Made by a program: the position numbers and the translations under genes
The notes under the pieces: generated by a model
Databases searched by the model: none
What the model saw: only the letters and a program-made list of their open reading frames with translations
What the model was told of the DNA's origin: nothing
Origin: a bacterium
Lineage (GTDB): Bacteria > Krumholzibacteriota > Krumholzibacteriia > LZORAL124-64-63
Reading direction: 5' to 3'
Assembly (NCBI GenBank): GCA_031441465.1
Contig: JANOEP010000027.1
Span: 10,264 to 74,263, forward strand
DNA: 64,000 bases
Part shown: positions 30,599 through 39,805 of the stretch, piece by piece
Layout: each line of letters opens with the position of its first letter
How positions within the stretch are numbered: the first letter of the stretch is position 1

Positions 30599-30684
30599 AA
30601 AAAAAGGCAGGGCCTGAACGCACCCGTGCCAGCCTGGTTCCGGTTCCGCCTCCTTTTGGGCCTCGCGGGGCCGCATTAAAAGGA
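30599..30684 (-). promoter_or_regulatory. PyrR-binding RNA leader with attenuator terminator
   Basis: Minus strand CCTTTTAA-tgc-GGCCCCGCGAGGCC-CAAAAGG (PyrR binding-loop pattern), then hairpin GGCACGGGT...GCCCTGCC with T7 before pyrR. Confidence 0.85.
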
Positions 30685-30776
30685 CAGCCGCTACTGTCTC
30701 GGGGCGAATCTAGCAGATCGCCGGCGCGGGCGCAAGAGCCACCTCCGGGCCGGTCCGTCCCCGGACCGGGCCGCCG

Positions 30777-31793
30777 CTAGACTTCCCGGTCCGCACACAG
30801 CTGCAGGTCCGCCTCGCTCTTGACCTCGGCCAGGACGGCGAGCATCTGCTCGCCGGTCTCGGTGGCGAACAGGCGGCGGCGGATGGCCGCCGCGCCCGGG
30901 AAACCCCGGAAGTAGCGCACGACGTGCTTGCGCACCACGTGCGAGCCGATGCGCTCCCCCTTCAGACGGCATTCCTCGACGATGTGCCGGTCGACGGTGG
31001 CGAAGATCTCGGCCAGAGTCGGCGGCGCGAATTCCCGCAGGCCCTCGGCGGCGTCCATCGCCGCGAAGAGCCACGGGTCGCCGGTGGCGGCCCGCCCCAC
31101 CATGACCGCGTGGCAGCGGGTCGTGCGCACCATGCGGGCGTACGAGTCCCCGTCCACGACGTCGCCGTTGCCGATCACCGGGATGTCGAGGGTCGCCACC
31201 AGGTCCGCGATGCGCTCCCAGTCGGCCTCGCCGGAGAATTTCTGAGCGCGGGTGCGGCCGTGCAGCGTGACCCAGGCGCAGCCCGCCTCCTGCAACGCCA
31301 GGCCCACCTCGCGATAGTTGACCGAGGCCTCGTCCCAGCCGGTGCGGATCTTGGCGCTGACCGGCGCCGGGCTCGCCGCGACGACCGCTGCCGTGATCTC
31401 CGTCAGCAGCGGCACGTCGGCGAGCAGCGCGCTGCCCCCGCATTTCGCCACGACCTTCTTGGCCGGACAGCCGAAGTTGATGTCCAGCACATCGAGCCGC
31501 CGGTTCGCCATCAGGCGGGCCGCGCCGGCCATCGCGGCGGGCTCGTTGCCGAAGATCTGCACCCCGACCAGCCCCCGCTCGCCCTCGGTGTCCACGAGCC
31601 GCCACGCCTGGGGGATGTCGTAGGTCAGGCCCTTGGCGGCGGTGAACTCGCAGAAGGCGATCCCCGCGCCGTGCTCGCGGCAGATGTCCCGGAACGCCCG
31701 GTCGGTCACGCCGGCCATGGGCGACAGGGCGGTGCGCACGCCGGCGAACCAGGGCGTGCGGGGGTCGATGCGGACGGGCTTGCGGTCGAACAA
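30777..31793 (-). CDS. dusB: tRNA-dihydrouridine synthase (DusB-like)
   Basis: SPMAGVTD, VQIFG, DINFGCP, AKIRTGW, TLHGRT, IGNGDV, VMVGRA. Confidence 0.9.
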   Translation of the reverse strand: MFDRKPVRIDPRTPWFAGVRTALSPMAGVTDRAFRDICREHGAGIAFCEFTAAKGLTYDIPQAWRLVDTEGERGLVGVQIFGNEPAAMAGAARLMANRRLDVLDINFGCPAKKVVAKCGGSALLADVPLLTEITAAVVAASPAPVSAKIRTGWDEASVNYREVGLALQEAGCAWVTLHGRTRAQKFSGEADWERIADLVATLDIPVIGNGDVVDGDSYARMVRTTRCHAVMVGRAATGDPWLFAAMDAAEGLREFAPPTLAEIFATVDRHIVEECRLKGERIGSHVVRKHVVRYFRGFPGAAAIRRRLFATETGEQMLAVLAEVKSEADLQLCADREV

Positions 31794-31879
31794 GGCGCTC
31801 CGATCGGTTGGCGATCCGGCGTGGCGGCGCCTCCAATATAGCAGGGATGCCCGTGGCTGAAAGGCCGGTCGCCGACGGG

Positions 31880-31911
31880 AAACGGGCCGCCCCCGTCGGG
31901 AGGCGGCCCGT
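31880..31911 (-). terminator. probable intrinsic terminator of the 31933-32778 gene
   Basis: ACGGGCCGCC...GGCGGCCCGT stem followed by TT on the minus strand. Confidence 0.6.
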
Positions 31912-31932
31912 GCGCGGGTTTGGGGTCCGCGA

Positions 31933-32778
31933 CTACTTGTACATCGACTTCACTTCGCCCCAGCCGTACAGGTCGTCGACGTCCTCGGCGTCGTCTTCCT
32001 CGTCGGCGGCGGTGTCCAGCGAACCGGCCAGCGTCTTGTTGCCGCAACCGCAGTCGCCGCGGTTGAAGTCGCGCAGCTCACGGATCAGGCGCCGCGCCTC
32101 GCTCCGGGCCGAGTGCGACAGGCATCCGTACCAGGGACGCGAGCCCAGGAACGTGTCGGCGGCGGCGATCGACGACGCGGCGGTGTCCTCGACGCCGGCG
32201 GCGACGTTCAGCTTGGCGGCGATCAGCTGGCGGGCCAACCGCATCTGCAGGGTGATCGCGGGCAGGCGCAGCACGCACAGCAGTTCCTGCTTGTTGCGCA
32301 GGTGGTTGCCGATCCGCAGCTGATTCACGGGCCATTCGTTGCAATGGCGCTTCCACCAGGCCGGGCGGTGGGCGCAGACGACCGTGGTGTTGCCGCCGCA
32401 GTCCAGGACTTGCTCGAAAGTCTTGATCGTGTCGCCGCTGGTGACGAAGGGCAGGAAGAAGGTCCCGATCACCGTGACGTTGCCCGTGAGGTCCAGCGAC
32501 CACTCGCCCGCCGCTTCCATGGGGACGGCGTCGGCGTCCATCTCGAGCCGGACCGTGCCGGTGTGCTCCTCGAGCACCGCGCCGTCACGGGTCGCCGCGA
32601 CAGCATATTCCACGTCGACGTAGGGGTGGCTGGTCCCGATCTTGACCAGACCTTCCATCGACCAGCCTTCGCAATCCGCCGTGGCGCTGAAGGCGTCCCA
32701 GCGGGTGGCCTGGGCGGAGGTCGCCAGGCCCGCCACCAGCAACGCCAGCAACAAAACGTTCATCTTCTTGGACATCAT
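31933..32778 (-). CDS. secreted hypothetical protein with C-terminal WGEVKSMYK motif
   Basis: GGAGG RBS, signal peptide ending AQA, beta-rich N-domain, WWKRH..EWP...LARQLIAAKLNV domain, acidic linker, terminal WGxVKxxYK. Confidence 0.78.
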   Translation of the reverse strand: MMSKKMNVLLLALLVAGLATSAQATRWDAFSATADCEGWSMEGLVKIGTSHPYVDVEYAVAATRDGAVLEEHTGTVRLEMDADAVPMEAAGEWSLDLTGNVTVIGTFFLPFVTSGDTIKTFEQVLDCGGNTTVVCAHRPAWWKRHCNEWPVNQLRIGNHLRNKQELLCVLRLPAITLQMRLARQLIAAKLNVAAGVEDTAASSIAAADTFLGSRPWYGCLSHSARSEARRLIRELRDFNRGDCGCGNKTLAGSLDTAADEEDDAEDVDDLYGWGEVKSMYK

Positions 32779-32846
32779 CGACTTCCCTCCTACGTACAAG
32801 CTATGTTGTTGGTTGATTTAGGGGTGTGGCCCTGCGCCACGGAAGA

Positions 32847-32876
32847 ATCATACATCATGCAAATATCCTAATTCAA
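32847..32876 (-). promoter_or_regulatory. sigma70-type promoter for the 31933-32778 gene
   Basis: Minus strand TTGAAT-N18-TATGAT preceded by an AT-rich UP-like tract. Confidence 0.55.
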
Positions 32877-33012
32877 CAATAAAAATGTGAAATTATCAAA
32901 TACACGCAGGTGGGGGCAGGGCCGCCCGGCCTTCTGGAGGAGGAATCCTGCTGGTAATTCTTTATTTTTCAACGAAACTGATGACTTCACCCTGACCGGA
33001 GCGTCCAGAGAG

Positions 33013-34119
33013 ATGGTGACGGCGAACTCCCGGATCAATCTGGCCCTGGTCAACGGCATGAGGAGCCTCGGCGGCGCCGAACTCTGGCACCTGGACGTGG
33101 CCCACGGTCTGCGGGACCGCGGGCACCGCGTTCTGGTGGTCGGCCAACCCGGTTCGGAACTGCTGCGCCGAGCGTCGGCGTCGGGACTCGAGGTGGCCGG
33201 CGTGCCGATCCGCTGCGACGGGGCGCCTTGGACCGTGGCCCGACTCGGCCGGTTGTTCCGCTCCCACGGCACGACGGCGGTCCTCTGCAACCGCCTCAAG
33301 GACCTCAAGGCCGCGGGCGTCGCGGCGCGGCTGGCCGGGGTCGGGGTCGTCCTGAAGAGCCGCGAGAGCGACCATCCCCTGCGCCGGCGCCCGCATTACC
33401 GCTGGTACTACGACCGGGTGGCCACCGGCGTGCTCGTCAACTCGCAGGCCACGTTGCGCACGACCATGAGCAGCGCGCCCTGGCTGCGGCCCGAACGGGT
33501 CCACCTGCTGTACAAGGGCATCGACGGCGAGCGCTTCGGTGTGCAGCCGGAATCGCCGGGCCGCCTCGCGGTGGGCTTCGCCGGCAGCCTGGACGAGCGC
33601 AAGGGCGTGCCGCTGCTGATGGCGGCCTGGTCGAGGGTGCTCGCCGCGAGCGGCGGCGCCTCCCCCGTGCTGCGCCTCGCCGGCGACGGCCCGCTGCGGC
33701 CGGCGCTGGCGGCCTGGCGCGCGGGTTTGCACGATCCCGGCAGCGTCGAGTTGTCGGGTTGGGTCCAGGACATGCCGGCGTTCCACGGCGCGCTCGCGCT
33801 GCTGGCGGTCCCGTCGCGGTACGAGGGGTTCGGGCTCGCCGCCGCCGAGGCCGGAGCCTGCGGCCGGCCCGTCGTCGCGACACGGACCAGCTCCCTGCCC
33901 GAGGTGGTGCGCGACGGCGAGACAGGTCTGCTGGTGCCCCCGGGCGACCCGGACGCCCTGGCCGCCGCGATCCTGAGGTTGCTGAACGATCCCGGTCTGC
34001 GCCGTCGCCTCGGCGCGGCCGCGGCCGGGCACATCCGCACACGCTTCGACCGGGCCGCGATGCTGACCCGGCTCGAGGGCCTGCTGCGGCCCCCGCTGCG
34101 GCAAGAGGAGACGCCGTGA
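33013..34119 (+). CDS. GT4 family glycosyltransferase
   Basis: LGGAE, FAGSLDERKG, PSRYEGFGLAAAEA (EX7E), LPEVVRDGETGLLVPP. Confidence 0.9.
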   Translation: MVTANSRINLALVNGMRSLGGAELWHLDVAHGLRDRGHRVLVVGQPGSELLRRASASGLEVAGVPIRCDGAPWTVARLGRLFRSHGTTAVLCNRLKDLKAAGVAARLAGVGVVLKSRESDHPLRRRPHYRWYYDRVATGVLVNSQATLRTTMSSAPWLRPERVHLLYKGIDGERFGVQPESPGRLAVGFAGSLDERKGVPLLMAAWSRVLAASGGASPVLRLAGDGPLRPALAAWRAGLHDPGSVELSGWVQDMPAFHGALALLAVPSRYEGFGLAAAEAGACGRPVVATRTSSLPEVVRDGETGLLVPPGDPDALAAAILRLLNDPGLRRRLGAAAAGHIRTRFDRAAMLTRLEGLLRPPLRQEETP

Positions 34120-34910
34120 CCAGGCTGCGCGTGGCCGCGATCCAGACCTCGCCGGTGTTCGGCGAGCCCGCCCACAACCTCGAGACGGCCCTGGCCCTGG
34201 TGCCGCCCGGCCTCGACCTGGCCGTCCTGCCCGAACTCTGCACGACCGGTTACCAGTTCCGCGATCGCGAGGAAGCGCTGGGCCTGGCCGAGACGGCCGA
34301 CGGCCCGACGTCGCGGCGCCTGGCGGCGTGGGCCGCCGCGACCGGCACCACCCTGGTGGCGGGCTTCGCCGAGCGCGACGGTGATCAGCTCTACAACAGC
34401 AGCCTGCTGGTGCGGCCCGACGGCACCACGGCGTTCTACCGCAAGGTCCACCTCTTCTGGGACGAGAAGCTCGTCTTCGCGCCGGGCGACCTCGGCTTTC
34501 CCGTCATCCCGGCCTGCGGCACGTCGGTGGGCATGATGATCTGCTTCGACTGGATCTTTCCGGAGGCGGCCCGCACCCTGGCGCGGCGCGGCGCGAAACT
34601 CATCGCCCACCCCAGCAATCTGGTGCTGCCCCACTGCCCCGACGCGATGGTGACGCGCTGCCTGGAGAACCGCTGCTTCGCGGTGACGGCGAACCGGGTG
34701 GGCGGCGAGGAGCGGGTCGAGGGCCGGCGGCTCGAATTCATCGGCCGCAGCCAGGTCTGCGGCCCCGGCGGTGCGCCCCTGGTGCGCCTCGGCGGCGACG
34801 TCGCGGGCGTCGCCGCGGCCGTGATCGACCTCGCCGACGCCGACCCGCGCCTGACGCCGCGCAACGATGTGTGGGAGGATCGCCGGCCGGATCAGTACAC
34901 GGACGGCTAG
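34116..34910 (+). CDS. carbon-nitrogen hydrolase (nitrilase superfamily)
   Basis: GTG overlapping the upstream TGA; Glu-Lys-Cys triad LPEL / YRKVHL / MICFDW; ANRVG. Confidence 0.9.
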   Translation: MTRLRVAAIQTSPVFGEPAHNLETALALVPPGLDLAVLPELCTTGYQFRDREEALGLAETADGPTSRRLAAWAAATGTTLVAGFAERDGDQLYNSSLLVRPDGTTAFYRKVHLFWDEKLVFAPGDLGFPVIPACGTSVGMMICFDWIFPEAARTLARRGAKLIAHPSNLVLPHCPDAMVTRCLENRCFAVTANRVGGEERVEGRRLEFIGRSQVCGPGGAPLVRLGGDVAGVAAAVIDLADADPRLTPRNDVWEDRRPDQYTDG

Positions 34911-36190
34911 GCTATGGCCTCGGCGCCGGCCCGCCAGTCCTTCGGCACCACGACCACGCCGGCCTCGGTCACCTTGAACAGGCGGTGGTCGGCCTCGCGG
35001 TCCCAGCCGATGTGCATGCCGTCGGGGATCTCGGCGCCCTTGTCGACGATGGCGCGGTGGACCGCCGCGCGCTTGCCGATGCGGGCGTTGTCCATGATCA
35101 CCGAATCGACCACGTGGCAGCCGGCGTCGAGGTAGACGTTGCGACCCAGGATCGAGCGCTCGGCGGTGCCGCCGGAGATGATGGTGCCGCCGCCGACGAT
35201 CGAGCCGATCAACTGCCCGATCGGGCTGGCGCCGTCGAAGTGGTTGTGGACCGTCTTGGCGGGCGGGGCCGGCGCCATCCAGGTGCGGATCGGCCAGTCG
35301 CGGTCGTAGAGGCTGAACGGAGGCACCGGACGGATCAGGTCCATCGAGGCGGCGTAGTAGGTGTCGAGCGTGCCGATATCGCGCCAGTAGCGCGGCTGGT
35401 CGGTCTCGTGGTCGAGGAAGGGATAAGCCAACACCCCGCCTTCGCGCACCATGGCCGGGATGACGTTCTTGCCGAAGTCGTGGGCCGATCTCGGGTCGCC
35501 CGCGTCCTTCTGCAATTCGCTGACGAGGTCCTCGCGGTTGAAGACGTAGACCCCCATGTTGACCAGGCACCAGTCGGGCTTGCCGGGGATCGTCTTGGGG
35601 TCCGACGGCTTCTCCTGGAACCCGATCACCCAGCCCTTCTCGTCGACCTCCAGGATGCCGAACTCGTGGGCCTCGCTGCGCGGCACCACGACCGCGGCCA
35701 GGGTCAGGCGCGCCTTGCGGCGGGAGTGCAGGACCATCAGCGTGGAGTAGTCCATGCGGTAGATGTGGTCGCCGGAGAGGATCAGCACGAAATCGGGCTG
35801 CTCGCGGTCGATGAGGTAGATGTTCTGGTAGATGGCGTCCGCGGTGCCGCGGTACCACATCTCGCCGACGCGATGCTGCGGCGGGATGCCGTAGAGGAAC
35901 TCCCCGGCCTCGTGGTTGAAGATCTGCCAACCCTTCAACAGGTGCTTGTCCAGCGAGTAGGACTTGTACTGCGTCAGCACGTAGATGCGGCGCAGGCCCG
36001 AATTCCAGATGTTGCTGAGCGTGAAGTCGATGATGCGGTAGTTGGCGCCGAACGGCACGCCGGGCTTGGACCGCTCGTCGGTCAGGGGCCGCAGCCGTTC
36101 GCCGCGCCCGCCGGCCATGATCATCGTCAGGGTGTGGCGCGGCAGGTCGAGGATCTTCACGGGCGAGTCCGTCTTGCTGCCGACGCTCAT
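34907..36190 (-). CDS. glgC: glucose-1-phosphate adenylyltransferase
   Basis: MAGGRGERLRPLT, KPGVPFG, WYRGTADAIYQN, LSGDHIYRMDY, FQEKP, HDFGKNVIP, YWRDIGT. Confidence 0.96.
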   Translation of the reverse strand: MSVGSKTDSPVKILDLPRHTLTMIMAGGRGERLRPLTDERSKPGVPFGANYRIIDFTLSNIWNSGLRRIYVLTQYKSYSLDKHLLKGWQIFNHEAGEFLYGIPPQHRVGEMWYRGTADAIYQNIYLIDREQPDFVLILSGDHIYRMDYSTLMVLHSRRKARLTLAAVVVPRSEAHEFGILEVDEKGWVIGFQEKPSDPKTIPGKPDWCLVNMGVYVFNREDLVSELQKDAGDPRSAHDFGKNVIPAMVREGGVLAYPFLDHETDQPRYWRDIGTLDTYYAASMDLIRPVPPFSLYDRDWPIRTWMAPAPPAKTVHNHFDGASPIGQLIGSIVGGGTIISGGTAERSILGRNVYLDAGCHVVDSVIMDNARIGKRAAVHRAIVDKGAEIPDGMHIGWDREADHRLFKVTEAGVVVVPKDWRAGAEAIA

Positions 36191-37638
36191 GTTCCCTCCA
36201 GGCTGCAGTAGAGATCCTCGTAGGCGGCCGCCGGCGCCGCCCAGCCGTAATCCGCGTCCATCCCCCGCCGCACGAGACTACTCCATCGGCCCGGCTCGCG
36301 CCAAGCTTCGATCGTGCGGGCGAGCGCGGCGCCGAGCGCCGCCGGCGTCGCCTCGTCGAAGACGAAGCCGTCCCCGGCGGGGTCGGCGGCGTCGGTCACG
36401 GTGTCGGCCAGCCCGCCGGTGCGCCGCACCACCGGCGGCGTGCCGTAGCGCAGGGCGTACAGCTGGGCCAGGCCGCAGGGTTCGAAGCGCGACGGCATCA
36501 CGAAGGCGTCGGCGCCGGCGTAGAAGCGGCGCGAGAGGGCCTCGTCGAAGCGCGCGGCGAAGGCGATCCGGCCCGGATGAGCCGCCGCGGCCGCGCTCAG
36601 GGCCAGTTCCAGGGCGGGTTCGCCGGTGCCGAGCACGGCCAGCCGCCAGCCGTCGTCGACGAGCGTGCCGACCAGCGGCAACAGCAGGTCGATCCCCTTC
36701 TGCTGCGCCAGGCGGCCGACCGAGGCGAGCACCGGTCCGCCGTCCTCGAGCCCCAGTTCCCTCAGCAGGGCGGTGCGGCAGGCGATCTTGCCGACCGGCG
36801 CACGCGCCGTGTAAGTCGCGGGCAGGCAGGGGTCGGTGGCCGGGTTCCACGCCTCCCGGTCCATGCCGTTGAGGATTCCCGAGAAGTCCGCGCCCCGATC
36901 GCGCAGCACGCCGGCCAGGCCGCAACCCAGGTCCTCGTCGGCGGTCACCTCGTGCGCGTAGGTCGGGCTGACCGTGTTGACCCGGTCGGACAGCAGGATG
37001 CCGGCCTTCATCAGGTTCAGGCCGCCGTGAAATTCCATCTCGCCGGGGTGCCAGGCCAAGCGCGCCGGCAGGTCGAGGCCCGGGAACTCCCAGCGCGGAT
37101 GGAGCGATTGGTGGGCGAGGTTGTGGATCGTCAGCAGCGTGCGGGACTTGGCCAGCGGCGTGCCCGCCCGCGACCAGCAAGCCAGGTCGACGGCCGCCAA
37201 TGCGCTCGCCGCGTCGTGGAGATGGACCACGTCGGGCGCCCAGTCCAGCATCACCGCCGCCTCCAACGCTCCCTGCGCCAGCAGGGCCAGGCGCGGCAAC
37301 GTGTCCGCGAACTCGCTCGTTTGCGCGTAGCCGTAGATGCCGGGGCGAAAGTACAGAGCTGCGTTCTCGAGCAGCAGCACGTCGGGACCCTCGGCGGCCT
37401 GCGCGCGCCAAAACCGGCAGCGCCGCACCGCGCCGCCGCGGCGCACCGCGAAGAACGGCAGTTCCGGGCAGGGCGTCAGCGCGTGCAGTTCCCGGTCGAT
37501 GTCGCCGTAGAGCGGCAGCACGACCTTCACCTCGTGCCCGCGCGCGGCCAGGGCGCCCGCGAGCGCCGCCACCATGTCGCCCAGGCCGCCGGCCTTGGCC
37601 AGCGGCGCGTACTCGGCGGTGATCATCAGGATCTTCAT
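36187..37638 (-). CDS. glgA: glycogen synthase (GT5)
   Basis: KAGGLGD, TIHNLAHQ, NTVSPTYA, GILNG, RLAQQKG, MPSRFEPCGL, TGGLADTV. Confidence 0.95.
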   Translation of the reverse strand: MKILMITAEYAPLAKAGGLGDMVAALAGALAARGHEVKVVLPLYGDIDRELHALTPCPELPFFAVRRGGAVRRCRFWRAQAAEGPDVLLLENAALYFRPGIYGYAQTSEFADTLPRLALLAQGALEAAVMLDWAPDVVHLHDAASALAAVDLACWSRAGTPLAKSRTLLTIHNLAHQSLHPRWEFPGLDLPARLAWHPGEMEFHGGLNLMKAGILLSDRVNTVSPTYAHEVTADEDLGCGLAGVLRDRGADFSGILNGMDREAWNPATDPCLPATYTARAPVGKIACRTALLRELGLEDGGPVLASVGRLAQQKGIDLLLPLVGTLVDDGWRLAVLGTGEPALELALSAAAAAHPGRIAFAARFDEALSRRFYAGADAFVMPSRFEPCGLAQLYALRYGTPPVVRRTGGLADTVTDAADPAGDGFVFDEATPAALGAALARTIEAWREPGRWSSLVRRGMDADYGWAAPAAAYEDLYCSLEGT

Positions 37639-37639
37639 C

Positions 37640-39805
37640 TCAGACCTCCCGCGGCGCGGCGACCCCGTGCTCGATCGCGAACGACTGCCGGAAGGTCTGC
37701 GTGACGCCGGGATCGAGGTCGAGGTCCCAGACGAACAGCAGCAGGTGCCCCTGGTAGGTCAGCCGGAAACCGTCCTCGGCCTGCGTCGCCGTGCGCACGG
37801 CGTGGATCCACACCTCCGCCTCGTTGCCCAGCTCCCAGCGCAGCGCGGCGCGGTGCAGGGGCACCAGCACGGTCAGTTCGCGGCGACGGTCGAGGCGGAC
37901 CGAGTCCAGCGGCGTCGCCGGCTCGTCGCCGTCCGGAGCGTAGGCGCCGCCGTCGTACAGGGCCAGGTTCCACTCCGGCGCGAAACGGCAGCGCACGCGT
38001 TCCGTGCCGATGTTGCGCACCGTCCAGGCGACGTCGAACGCCGCGCCGTTGCGGTGCAGCGCCACCGTCTTCTCCACCTGCAGCGGGAAGGCGCGGCCCC
38101 CGCGGTCGCGGTAGCAGCCTTCGCGGCGGGTCTGGAAGCGATCGTCCTCGAGGCTGCCCGTCTGGCCAAAGCGGGGCGACGTCATCGCCGCCGGCGCGGC
38201 GGCGAAATCGCCGCCGTCCTGGCCGGCCATGTCCGGCAGCACGTTGGGGAACCCGGCGTCCGGGTGCAGGAAGCGCTCGAGCAGGGAATAGCGGGGCTGG
38301 GGGTCCACGGCCAGCGCCCGCTTGATTTCCGGCGACACGCGGGTGACCAGGTCGTGGATCGACACGCCCTGATCGGCGCCGGCGGCGTCGCCGCCCGCCC
38401 CGGTGAGCGGCGCGCGCTCGATCTTGGTGTGGTAGGCCTCGCGCCGGCGGCGCAGGGTGTTCTGGAGATTCCAGTCCTCGCGGCGGTCTTCGAGACCGAT
38501 CAGCGCGCCGCCGCGGTCCGGCGAGAGGTAAAGTTCGATCGCGTCGTTGCCCAGCCGCACGTCGGTGCCCGTCCGGCCGACCAGCGACACCATCTGGGCG
38601 CGCGGGGGCGGCGCCACGGTCTGGATGATCTCGGTGCCCAGGATCAGGTGCCGGTAGATCGCGTGACGCAGGTGCGGCAGGTAGAGACCGCCGAAGACGC
38701 CGTGCCAGTAGGCGCAGTTGCACTGGGCCCGCCACAAGTGGTCGCGGGCCTCGTCGACGCGCTGCTCGTCGGCGCCGGTGGCCTCGGCGGCGGCGATCTC
38801 CTCGTGCAGCAGCAGGGAGCGCCGCTGCATCAGCAGGCTCTCCTCGTACTTCTGGAAGAACTGGCGCCAGAAACCGCCCCTGAAGAAGGGGCGCATCTCG
38901 TCCCAGCGGTCCTGGTCGCGGTAGGCGTGCACCGCGTCGGCGAAGATCTCGGCGGCGGGCATCGGCAACGACCATTCCGACATCTCGAAGTAGCTGCCGG
39001 GCGGCAGGTAGACGCGCTCGCGCGGCGGGCGGGCCCGCAGCACCTCGGACGGGTGCGCCAGCTCGAGCCAGTCCGACTCGGCGTCCAGGGCCGTACAGAA
39101 GCGGTCCAGCCAGCCGCGGCCGTAGACGAGGTCGTGGGTGCCGGGCCAGGCGCCGAACTTCTCGCCGTCGTCGATCATGACCAGGACGCCCTCGGGGTCG
39201 CGCTCGTGCAGGGCGCGGCAAGCGGCCACGGTTTCGGACGGGTCGCGGAACGGGATCAGGTAGCGCAGCTGCTCGCTGATGGGCAGCAGGGCCACCTCGT
39301 GGCCGAGGTCGTCGGTCAGCAGCGGGCCGTGGGTCAGGCGCTCCGGCGGCACGCCGGCCTGGACGAAGTGGTAGTCGTCGAGCAGGGCGAACTCCACGCC
39401 GGCGCGGGCCAGCGAGCCGGCCAGGTGCGGCTCCCAGACGCGCTCGGCCATCCAGACGCCGCGGCAGTCGGCGCCGAGGTGCTGGCGCACCCAGTCGCAC
39501 ATCATCCGCAGCTGGCCGACGCGGTCGCGCTCCGGGATGGCGGCGAGGATCGGCTCGTAGAAGCCGCCGCCGAGCATCTCCACGCGCCCCGCGCGCACCA
39601 GGAAGGCCGCGCGCTCGAGCCACTCCGGGTGGTGGCGCTGCAGCCATTCCAGCAGGGGTCCGCTCACGTGCAGGCTGAAGCGGAAACGCTCGTGGCGCTC
39701 GACCCGCTCCAGGAACGGCAGGTAGCTGCTGCGGTAGATGTCCTCGATCACGTGATCGAAGTTGCCGACGGGCTGGTGGTTGTGGATGCCGACGACGAGC
39801 TTCAC
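37640..39805 (-). CDS. GH57 4-alpha-glucanotransferase / alpha-amylase type (cytoplasmic)
   Basis: GTG start; conserved regions HNHQP, GGFYEPIL, WMAERVW, DDGEKFG, AQCNCAYWHG; C-terminal beta-sandwich domain. Confidence 0.92.
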   Translation of the reverse strand: MKLVVGIHNHQPVGNFDHVIEDIYRSSYLPFLERVERHERFRFSLHVSGPLLEWLQRHHPEWLERAAFLVRAGRVEMLGGGFYEPILAAIPERDRVGQLRMMCDWVRQHLGADCRGVWMAERVWEPHLAGSLARAGVEFALLDDYHFVQAGVPPERLTHGPLLTDDLGHEVALLPISEQLRYLIPFRDPSETVAACRALHERDPEGVLVMIDDGEKFGAWPGTHDLVYGRGWLDRFCTALDAESDWLELAHPSEVLRARPPRERVYLPPGSYFEMSEWSLPMPAAEIFADAVHAYRDQDRWDEMRPFFRGGFWRQFFQKYEESLLMQRRSLLLHEEIAAAEATGADEQRVDEARDHLWRAQCNCAYWHGVFGGLYLPHLRHAIYRHLILGTEIIQTVAPPPRAQMVSLVGRTGTDVRLGNDAIELYLSPDRGGALIGLEDRREDWNLQNTLRRRREAYHTKIERAPLTGAGGDAAGADQGVSIHDLVTRVSPEIKRALAVDPQPRYSLLERFLHPDAGFPNVLPDMAGQDGGDFAAAPAAMTSPRFGQTGSLEDDRFQTRREGCYRDRGGRAFPLQVEKTVALHRNGAAFDVAWTVRNIGTERVRCRFAPEWNLALYDGGAYAPDGDEPATPLDSVRLDRRRELTVLVPLHRAALRWELGNEAEVWIHAVRTATQAEDGFRLTYQGHLLLFVWDLDLDPGVTQTFRQSFAIEHGVAAPREV

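Noticed and set aside
32790-33000. AT-rich patch as a horizontal-transfer scar
   Set aside because: Only about 200 bp, between divergent genes and containing promoter-like elements; no mobile-element signature.
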